Below are positions 20,454 to 27,303 of a stretch of 33,640 nucleotides of DNA, in pieces (the first letter of the stretch is position 1; each line of letters starts with the position of its first letter). The DNA is taken from the UHGV virus genome UHGV-0206080; one strand, written 5' to 3'. Source of the DNA: a virus. A program made the translations under genes and the position numbers. The notes under the pieces were generated by a model. The model was not told where the DNA came from and did no database searches. It was given only the letters and a program-made list of their open reading frames with translations.

Positions 20454-20515
20454 CGGTCTCGAAAACCGGAGTGGGGGCAACTCCACCGGGGGTTCAAATC
20501 CCCCTCTCTCCGCCA
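20454..20515 (+). other. attP core: 3' portion of a tRNA-Ser gene (anticodon loop CGA region through T-arm and CCA)
   Basis: GGTCTCGAAAACCGGAG...GGGGGTTCAAATCCCCCTCTCTCCGCCA matches tRNA-Ser with long variable arm; no 5' half upstream. Confidence 0.75.
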
Positions 20516-20560
20516 AAATTCAATCACTTACACATCATTAAGTCAGTGACAAAAATCACA

Positions 20561-20594
20561 CTTGGAATTACTTGGAATATTGTCTTGGAATATT
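20561..20594 (+). repeat. Three direct CTTGGAAT(A/T) repeats, putative arm-type integrase binding sites; further copies at 20342-20350 and inverted at 20406-20414
   Basis: Read directly; repeats flank the tRNA-derived core and overlap the integrase 3' end. Confidence 0.5.
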
Positions 20595-21593
20595 TTCAGG
20601 TAACGGGACATCAAGTGTTGGTGAAACTTTAACCTTCCTGTCATAGATTAGCACTTGCCCTTCGGTTTTGTGACCAGAGAAAAGTTGCTTATCCCGACTG
20701 CTTCCTTCATAGTCTGAAATTCCTTTCGCCTTCAGATCATGAAAGGTGAAGTCGGTTAAAATACCTGAAATTTTGCCTGCGCGATTTCTTGCTTCTACCC
20801 ACATTTCGTTAAAGCCTTTGTACATATATCGGTTGCCGTATTGATTGCTGATTACATAGGCGGATGTTGGTAACTGTTTTGCTTTTTCGATCGCCGCCTG
20901 TAATCGTGGACTCCATGCTTTTATCTGTTTTTTCCCTGTTTTCCCTTGCTGGATAAAGATCCCGTCGTTTCCAATCTGCTCCCATTTCAGCGATAACACA
21001 TCGGAAACCCTCGCTGCACACAGATAGGCAATTTCCATTGCGATAAAAACAGGAAGAGGTGCAACGCTTAATACTGCCTGGTATTCTTTGTCGGTTACAT
21101 ATCGTTCGCGGTTTTTGGCCTTGAATTTACTTACACCTGCACATGGGTTAGCCTTCACGTACCCTCGCTCATATCCCCAACTGTAAACGCGGGACATACT
21201 GCTTTTTTCATGGTTGGCTTGCGTTTTGCTCTGTTCCCCTCTTTTGTCCATGTATCGACGGATGTGTTCTGGTTTTATGGAATCCGCTGGTACCTTACCG
21301 AATACGGCAAGCAACTTTTTTTGATGTTGCAGATAATCTTTTTGTGTTCTTGGGCTAAGGTCACTGTAACAGGCGCTGGCGAGGAATTTTTCCCACAAGC
21401 GACCGAATGTCATTGCACGATCGCGATTATTTACAGTTTCCTCATACTTTTTCCATAAAGCAGCTAAACCATCCTTGATGGCGGTTAGTGTTACAGATTC
21501 TCTGGATGTTGGTTTCCATACATAACTATATTTATTTGGGTATACATTTGGAGGTAATTTTTCGTGTTCAGGATTTTTCCTTCGTCTTCCCAT
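20568..21593 (-). CDS. int: Tyrosine integrase (lambda Int-like)
   Basis: 341 aa; C-terminal catalytic region ...RVSDVLSLKW...FHDLKAKG...GHKTEGQVLIYDRK with Tyr nucleophile; adjacent to attP. Confidence 0.9.
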   Translation of the reverse strand: MGRRRKNPEHEKLPPNVYPNKYSYVWKPTSRESVTLTAIKDGLAALWKKYEETVNNRDRAMTFGRLWEKFLASACYSDLSPRTQKDYLQHQKKLLAVFGKVPADSIKPEHIRRYMDKRGEQSKTQANHEKSSMSRVYSWGYERGYVKANPCAGVSKFKAKNRERYVTDKEYQAVLSVAPLPVFIAMEIAYLCAARVSDVLSLKWEQIGNDGIFIQQGKTGKKQIKAWSPRLQAAIEKAKQLPTSAYVISNQYGNRYMYKGFNEMWVEARNRAGKISGILTDFTFHDLKAKGISDYEGSSRDKQLFSGHKTEGQVLIYDRKVKVSPTLDVPLPENIPRQYSK

Positions 21594-21796
21594 CAGATCG
21601 CACCAAAATTCGGCTCTACCTCGCGTGGTGGTAAAGTTTTATTGCAGGTAAATAGATCCCGGCTGACAATCGGTTTGCCACTACGATTGGTATAGAACGG
21701 AAGCCCGTTTTCCATTAACCATTTTCGCTGGTGGCTTGCATATTTGCAGCCCGTTAATATTAGCAATTCATCTTCGGTTAAAAATAAGCTGCTCAT
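21593..21796 (-). CDS. Excisionase-like small protein (DUF4224-type)
   Basis: 67 aa; immediately upstream of and overlapping int start. Confidence 0.5.
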   Translation of the reverse strand: MSSLFLTEDELLILTGCKYASHQRKWLMENGLPFYTNRSGKPIVSRDLFTCNKTLPPREVEPNFGAI

Positions 21797-21812
21797 AGCT
21801 ATATCTCATAAC

Positions 21813-21840
21813 CGCCGCTAACTATATGCGGTTAGCGGCG
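21813..21840 (-). promoter_or_regulatory. 10-bp stem / 8-nt loop hairpin between exonuclease gene and xis
   Basis: CGCCGCTAAC-TATATGCG-GTTAGCGGCG; no T-run, so likely processing or regulatory structure rather than an intrinsic terminator. Confidence 0.4.
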
Positions 21841-21854
21841 ATCAGGGTTGAACA

Positions 21855-24326
21855 TTAAAAATCAGCCTGACTCGGGATCAGTTTTTGCCAGATAGCTGAA
21901 ACGTATTTTGCCTGGTAACGGGCGTCATCAAGTGCATTATGGCGCTCACCTTCGAATGGAATAGCCGTTCTGGCATCGAAGTCTATGGCTTTCCCCAGCT
22001 CAACGATTGTGCGTACATCGCGATCGTTGTAGTAACGCCACGGGCAGGGGATCCCCTGCCGTTCGTATGAACGGCGCAAAATTGTGTTGTCGAAGTTGGC
22101 TCCATTTCCCCAGACCTGAACAAAAAATTCACCGGAGTTTTCGTCGATAAATTCCCGCAATTGTAACAGTGCATCATCTAACGGGATTTCATCGGTCATA
22201 ATGGCAGATTGCGCCTCCCGTGATTGCTTAAGCCACCATTTAATGGTGCCACGATCAATGACTCCGCCAGCAGTATCCATATCGATGGTCTTACTAAATT
22301 CCGGCCCCATATCTCCGGTTTGCGGATCGAAAAATATTGCACCTATTGAGATAAGCGGGGCATCGGGATTTTTTCCCATGGTTTCAAGGTCGATCATCAT
22401 GTGGTGCCACATTCTGCTGGTGGATGTGATTTTATGATGACCGTTCATGGTAATTAAGGGATTTGCCGTCCCGCCAGCTTCATTATCGCTGGTGTGATGC
22501 TGATTACCGTCAGCGTTCTCTTTGTGCGGATATTCAACACGTTCCATTTCCTCCGGATCATTTTCCTGAACTTCAACCTGATTCTCTTCATTGAATGTTT
22601 CCTGGTATGTTGCGTCACCCATCACCGCGCCACAATCAGGGCTGTTGCCGCCACCGCTTTGACCGCAGGCGGTGCAGACTTTTTCCGGTTCCTGTTGCGC
22701 TACTGGCTCAGGTTGTTTCGTTTCTGGCTCGTTTTGTTGCGTATTTGGGCTGTTTTGTTCCGCTTTCTGGTCGTTCTGTTCCGATTCTTGCTGGTTCTGG
22801 TTTACAGAATCGCGGGTTTCAATCCCCTTTACCCATTTCGGATCATTCGGGTCGCTAATCCCTGCAACAAATTCTCCGCGAGAGGCAGCAAGCAACTTAT
22901 CGGCGTCAGGCTGGCTGATATTAGCTGCCTGCATAATTTTGTTTACTTCGTCAGCGGTAACTTTTACCGGCTCTGGTTGTGCGGTCGTGTCAGATGCACC
23001 AGTATTTTGTTGTGAACCTGAGTACGTGCCGTTTTTACGTGCGAAGTATTCCTCTTTTGTGATTTCCGTAGCTCCCAAGGCTAGTGCTTTTTCCAGACCA
23101 GAAAGTTTGTTTGCGCGACCGTATTTTTCGCCATCCTTGTCGGTGAAGAGGAAGTAGAACGGCCCCTCACGCTCTACAGATGGTTCGACTTCCACTTTGC
23201 ATTCGGTTTTTTCGTTGTCCGGAATTGCCGTTTCCACTGCATCAGTTTCTGGTACTGGCGACGAGAGAGTATCAGTTGCGCTCTGATTTCTTCCTTCATC
23301 TTCAAACACGCCCTTTGTAGTCAGGTATTCAGTAATGTATTTGTTCAGTGCCACAGGGTCTTTGTGAATGTCGATCGGACGTTCACGGACAAGGCCAAAA
23401 ATAGTCTGGCGGTCGTAGCGAAGGACATCAGGCTGTTTGCGCATTGATGCCGAGATACGCTTCCAGTCTTCGCGGTCGTTGTCGATAACTTCATTTTTTG
23501 CCCAGCGATGGATGCTGCCGTCAATGTTTCCGGTATCAATATCGCCAGGCCAGAGAGCGTAGGCCAGTTCTTCATCCAGCGTTTTCCATGTCTGCTTGTA
23601 TTCGCGACAAATGGCGGCAGTGACTGGGTTGATTTTTCCTGCTGAGTTTTCAGTGTTCTGTTGATTGACTCTGGCGCTGGCGAGATCAACAACAGACGTG
23701 TATTTTCCAGTCTCTTTGCGCTCTGCGTCCTGCCGTTTTTTCCAGTTACGTAATTCAGCCTGAATTTCGGGCCATTTGGCACCCGGATTACATTTGTGTT
23801 TAACCCATCCGATAGCGAACAGTTTGCGTTCCGGATACATAGCGTTAATTTCAGGCGTTTTCATCAGTGCTTCAACGATATGCCCGTCAAAGGTAGCAAC
23901 GTCTTCCTGCAGTAATTCCTGCGCGTCAATCGCCATATCAACGGTGATGTTTTCACATGTACCGAACTTAACCAGGACCGCGTTCTGTACTTCAAGGGAC
24001 AGCTTGTCAAAATTGACGTTCATCGGATCGGATTCTGGTTCGACCGGAATAAAGGAAGCGGATTCCTCATCCCAGCGGTTTTCCTGCATATATTCAGCAT
24101 CCCAGGAATCGAGGGCAGGGCGGGGTATACCGGGTTTATCCTCGCAGACAAGAAATTTATAAGCGCAGTCCTGAGCAGCCGGATAATGTTCCAGGAATTG
24201 CCAGTGAAATTTTGCGCGGGCGCGACGTTCATCACCGGCTTCAATGGCAGTGGCTACAGCGACGGCACCTTCTTCCTTTATTGCCTGTTCGTCCGGAATG
24301 GCGGCGCAAATAAAGACTTTACTCAT
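21855..24326 (-). CDS. Exonuclease: RecE-like N-terminal/middle region fused to a C-terminal DnaQ-like DEDDh 3'-5' exonuclease domain
   Basis: 823 aa; C-terminal motifs MIDLETMG, WGNGANFDN, HNALDDARYQ; KLLAASRGEFVAGISDPNDPKWVKGI segment recalled from RecE-family proteins; Q/E/N-rich linker. Confidence 0.75.
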   Translation of the reverse strand: MSKVFICAAIPDEQAIKEEGAVAVATAIEAGDERRARAKFHWQFLEHYPAAQDCAYKFLVCEDKPGIPRPALDSWDAEYMQENRWDEESASFIPVEPESDPMNVNFDKLSLEVQNAVLVKFGTCENITVDMAIDAQELLQEDVATFDGHIVEALMKTPEINAMYPERKLFAIGWVKHKCNPGAKWPEIQAELRNWKKRQDAERKETGKYTSVVDLASARVNQQNTENSAGKINPVTAAICREYKQTWKTLDEELAYALWPGDIDTGNIDGSIHRWAKNEVIDNDREDWKRISASMRKQPDVLRYDRQTIFGLVRERPIDIHKDPVALNKYITEYLTTKGVFEDEGRNQSATDTLSSPVPETDAVETAIPDNEKTECKVEVEPSVEREGPFYFLFTDKDGEKYGRANKLSGLEKALALGATEITKEEYFARKNGTYSGSQQNTGASDTTAQPEPVKVTADEVNKIMQAANISQPDADKLLAASRGEFVAGISDPNDPKWVKGIETRDSVNQNQQESEQNDQKAEQNSPNTQQNEPETKQPEPVAQQEPEKVCTACGQSGGGNSPDCGAVMGDATYQETFNEENQVEVQENDPEEMERVEYPHKENADGNQHHTSDNEAGGTANPLITMNGHHKITSTSRMWHHMMIDLETMGKNPDAPLISIGAIFFDPQTGDMGPEFSKTIDMDTAGGVIDRGTIKWWLKQSREAQSAIMTDEIPLDDALLQLREFIDENSGEFFVQVWGNGANFDNTILRRSYERQGIPCPWRYYNDRDVRTIVELGKAIDFDARTAIPFEGERHNALDDARYQAKYVSAIWQKLIPSQADF

Positions 24327-24421
24327 TTTGTTTTAACCTCATTACAGATTTCAGGGTGAACGAATCCCTGCCATTGCTGGCATTTTTAATCCGTTGGTAT
24401 GGCGTTAATATGGCTGGCGGG

Positions 24422-24610
24422 TTATCCAGCCGGTATTTCGTTATTCAGGTTCAGCGATACTTTTTTTAACGGGAGGCATTCACCGGGGATTTTTTGTTCG
24501 TCCCTTACCTGAATGCAGGATGACTTACTGTCATAAATTCCGGTAATCACATTTTGTGGCTCACCCGTTATAAGAAAAACGGTCATCACCAGTGCAAATG
24601 CTGAAGTCAC
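24422..24610 (-). CDS. Small protein with hydrophobic N-terminus (62 aa)
   Basis: GTG start preceded by GGAGA; translationally coupled to upstream gene; N-terminus MTSAFALVMTVFLITG. Confidence 0.4.
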   Translation of the reverse strand: MTSAFALVMTVFLITGEPQNVITGIYDSKSSCIQVRDEQKIPGECLPLKKVSLNLNNEIPAG

Positions 24611-24795
24611 TGCTGTTCTCCGATAATACCAAGTTCAAGAAGGGCAATTCTGGAAAGTATGGAATTATCATTGAGAAGATAAGGTTCATATTTTCTCATC
24701 TTAATGGCATCTTCCGTAAACTCCCGGTTACTGAGCAGAACACCAATATCAAAACAACCTTCAGACGTATTAACGTTTGGTAATAACGTTTCCAT
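24607..24795 (-). CDS. Small hypothetical protein (62 aa from ATG at 24795; alternative GTG start at 24900 gives 97 aa)
   Basis: ATG at 24795 has GAGGA RBS 7 nt upstream; the GTG at 24900 has no SD. Confidence 0.4.
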   Translation of the reverse strand: METLLPNVNTSEGCFDIGVLLSNREFTEDAIKMRKYEPYLLNDNSILSRIALLELGIIGEQQ

Positions 24796-25327
24796 TATCG
24801 CGTCCTCAACAATGAATTTTGTGATGCGGTGCCTGGTGCCTCCAGGTGACGTTAACCAGTTAACAATTAACGCCGGATACAGAGAATCCACCCATAACAC
24901 TGTTTTTGGTTTTAACTGTTCCGCGTGCGCTCAGCCGCATTCACCACATCACAAAATTCACTTTAAAAAGGGCGGCAGAGCAGTCACGGAGTAAAACTGA
25001 TACCGCCAAACGTCACCAGAAAATTGATAACAGAGGGCGTTGCAGCGGGGTTGTCACTTAAGCGTATGGTCAACCTGACAACCCGGTGTCCTCAGCGGGG
25101 GAAGGAATAACCCCGCCATACTTACCGCCGCGCCATTTCGCGGATTGCCACAACCGGAAGCGCACGATCGAATTAAATTTAACGACGACCTATACAGAGA
25201 GACTAACTTCTCCGGGCGCTTTCGTGTTATGCCCTGACTTTTCAGGGATATATCCTTTTCAGTAAACTGTCAGTGCCGGATTCTTATCCGTGTCCGGCGC
25301 ACGCACTCTACCTCACCTGTGAATAAA

Positions 25328-25702
25328 TTAATGATTAATCGATATTTTGTTGTTTGATTCAACTTTCCCATCGGATGTGTGATGCTTTAAATCACAGGAA
25401 TTAATACTGCTTGCTGTAAAATGATTTTCAAGGGGAGCTATTCGAATCCCTTTCTTTTTCATTAACAAGCCAAATCCTTTATTAATGATGTCCATTAATT
25501 CCAGAAAGTATTTTTCATGTAAATCCTGGTTATCAGAGAGCTGCTTCTCTTCGTACAGCCCGATAAAGGCTCGGCGTACGTTACCGGATATATTGTCGAT
25601 GGTTTCTTTTTCTACGGTACTCAGGTCAAGAGTCGCCAGTTGAGAGCGAACCACATTCGATGCCATTTCCTGGAATGGTACTGGTAAATCTTTAAATTCC
25701 AT
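25328..25702 (-). CDS. Hypothetical protein (about 124 aa), AT-rich accessory gene
   Basis: ATG at 25702 with GAGG SD; ORF 25328..25714; coupled to the 85-aa gene upstream. Confidence 0.5.
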   Translation of the reverse strand: MEFKDLPVPFQEMASNVVRSQLATLDLSTVEKETIDNISGNVRRAFIGLYEEKQLSDNQDLHEKYFLELMDIINKGFGLLMKKKGIRIAPLENHFTASSINSCDLKHHTSDGKVESNNKISINH

Positions 25703-25713
25703 CGTCAACCTCA

Positions 25714-25971
25714 TCAGTCGGAGTTTCTTGCTAACCAGCGATGCGCGCCAGCTTCGGTTTTAAACGTTTTGCTTTTGGTATACGTCATGGCGGTGAATGT
25801 GCCGTCCTGGTTGGGGAACACACCACATACCAGAGATTCGCTGTTGCCAAGATCGATAGTATCCATGCTGACCTCATTACCCCTTAACGCCGGGTAGCGG
25901 AACTGTTTGCTGAGAACACCGTGCGGTGTCTTGATGGGTGGTAATTTAGTTTTCTCATGAATGTCGGTCAA
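25714..25971 (-). CDS. Hypothetical protein (85 aa; TTG start, internal Met at residue 36)
   Basis: First gene leftward of the repressor; stop overlaps start of the next gene (TGATG). Confidence 0.4.
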   Translation of the reverse strand: MTDIHEKTKLPPIKTPHGVLSKQFRYPALRGNEVSMDTIDLGNSESLVCGVFPNQDGTFTAMTYTKSKTFKTEAGAHRWLARNSD

Positions 25972-26017
25972 GCATTTTTAATGAGAAAACTCAATATTTA
26001 ATGCAAAATAAAGCCAA

Positions 26018-26031
26018 TACATTGAAATGTA
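26018..26031. promoter_or_regulatory. Operator-like inverted repeat TACATT-GA-AATGTA within putative leftward early promoter region
   Basis: Read directly; lies in the 84-bp AT-rich gap between the dicA-like stop and the first leftward gene. Confidence 0.3.
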
Positions 26032-26055
26032 AGGCTTTAAAATTTGTGAAGGGGG

Positions 26056-26463
26056 TTACTGATGTTTGTTACGTTTGCGAGCTTCTAGTAGCTCGGTGAA
26101 TAGGCGATTAAAATTCTCAACGCGGGCACGGAGTTCGCTGATTTGTGCTTGCTGCTCTGATTTTGGAAGTGCGCGATACAATCGCAACATCTCCAACTCA
26201 TCTTCCGATAAGTCTAAGGCGCTGTTGAGTGCTACTGGTGGATCTGGTGTTTTATCCTCGTCACCAAACAGTATCCAAGTTGGTGAACATTGCAATACCT
26301 CAGCCAGGCGATGCAAATTTTGCCCGCGCGGGGCTGTATGGTCGCTTTCCCATAGTGAAATTGATGAGCCAGATACGCCAGCGGCTTTGCTTAAATCGTT
26401 TTGACTTAAACCAACCTGTTTGCGTCTTTCTCTAATTCGTTGACCTAAAGTTTTCTCGTTCAT
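26056..26463 (-). CDS. dicA: DicA-like HTH (XRE-family) phage repressor
   Basis: 135 aa; close match in length and sequence to recalled E. coli Qin DicA (..GERIRxRRK...QCSPTWILFGDEDK...RARVxNFNxLFxELLxAR..). Confidence 0.85.
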   Translation of the reverse strand: MNEKTLGQRIRERRKQVGLSQNDLSKAAGVSGSSISLWESDHTAPRGQNLHRLAEVLQCSPTWILFGDEDKTPDPPVALNSALDLSEDELEMLRLYRALPKSEQQAQISELRARVENFNRLFTELLEARKRNKHQ

Positions 26464-26484
26464 ATTTAGATATCTTAATAACCC

Positions 26485-26514
26485 TTGACTTGAGATTCCT
26501 TGAATGATTACTAT
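26485..26514 (+). promoter_or_regulatory. Putative rightward early promoter (-35 TTGACT, about 17-nt spacer, -10 TTACTA/TACTAT) for the dicC-like gene
   Basis: Consensus-like hexamers in the 77-bp divergent intergenic region; GGAGGGG RBS at 26533-26539. Confidence 0.4.
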
Positions 26515-26540
26515 TGAGAAAACTCAACTTTGGAGGGGTG

Positions 26541-26768
26541 ATGTTTAAATCAGACGTAATTAATTTTTATGGGACGAAAGCCAAAGTAGCGAAAGCTGCT
26601 GGTGTTGATCCATCTGCTGTTTCTCAATGGGGGGAACTGGTTCCTGAAGGTCGCGCGATGCGCCTGCAAGAGGCATCCGGCGGGGAACTTCAGTACGACC
26701 CCAAAGTTTATGACGAATATCGTAAGGCAAAGCGGGCGGGGCGGTTGAACAATGAAAATCACCCCTGA
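26541..26768 (+). CDS. dicC: DicC-like Cro-type regulator
   Basis: 75 aa from ATG 26541; ...LVPEGRAMRLQEASGGELQYDPKVYDEYRKAKRAGRLNNENH matches recalled Qin DicC; divergent from the repressor. Confidence 0.8.
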   Translation: MFKSDVINFYGTKAKVAKAAGVDPSAVSQWGELVPEGRAMRLQEASGGELQYDPKVYDEYRKAKRAGRLNNENHP

Positions 26769-27303
26769 ACAGGTTTGTGAGGCTCTGGATGCCTGGGTAT
26801 GTCGACCAGGAATGACACAGGAGCAAGCGACGATATTAATCACGGAAGCATTCTGGGCTCTGAAAGAACGCCCGAACATCGATGTTCAACGCGTCACGTT
26901 TAATGATGGCGAGGTTGATCAACGGGCGCTGGGCGTTAACCGGGTGAAGATATTCGAACGCTGGAAAGCTATCGACACCAGGGATAAGCGGAAAAAATTC
27001 ACGGCGCTGATTCCGGCAATTATGGAGGCTATCCGAATTAGTGATTTCAGGTTGTATCGTGAGATCAGTGATGGAAAAAGCATTACGTACATGATCGCCG
27101 GATTAAACAAAGAATATGGCGATGTGGTGGAGTCCGGGCTGCTTTTTGCGGATCCAGCTGTTGTGGAACGTGAGACTGACGAGCTTATAGAAAAAGCTAT
27201 TGCTTTCAAGCATGCGTATCGTCAGCAATATCAATATTACTTTGCAGATAAACAAATGTCTGCCAGGGGTTTGTATGAGTATCGATGCACTACGATGGGC
27301 TAA
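26752..27303 (+). CDS. YdaT-family protein (cII-position regulatory protein)
   Basis: 183 aa; position after cro-like gene; MKI..E....A..W and KIF.RW...D......ALIPAI segments resemble recalled Rac YdaT. Confidence 0.5.
   Translation: MKITPEQVCEALDAWVCRPGMTQEQATILITEAFWALKERPNIDVQRVTFNDGEVDQRALGVNRVKIFERWKAIDTRDKRKKFTALIPAIMEAIRISDFRLYREISDGKSITYMIAGLNKEYGDVVESGLLFADPAVVERETDELIEKAIAFKHAYRQQYQYYFADKQMSARGLYEYRCTTMG

Noticed and set aside
20400-20520. A complete tRNA gene
   Set aside because: Only the 3' portion from about the anticodon loop to CCA is tRNA-like; the upstream sequence (TTTTTCGACTCTGTATCAT) cannot form the acceptor/D arm, so this is an att core fragment, not a functional tRNA.
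20561-20594. CRISPR-like short repeats (CTTGGAAT x3)
   Set aside because: Repeats are only 8-9 bp with 1-4 bp spacers, with no array structure or cas genes; better explained as integrase arm-type sites.
22494-23157. Three overlapping plus-strand ORFs (173, 87, 161 aa) inside the exonuclease gene
   Set aside because: They are antisense to a long, coherent minus-strand gene and lie over its low-complexity Q/E-rich region; the translations are Leu/Phe/Cys-rich junk typical of antisense frames.
24704-24994. Plus-strand 96-aa ORF
   Set aside because: Antisense to the minus-strand small gene with a clear GAGGA RBS; no start context of its own.
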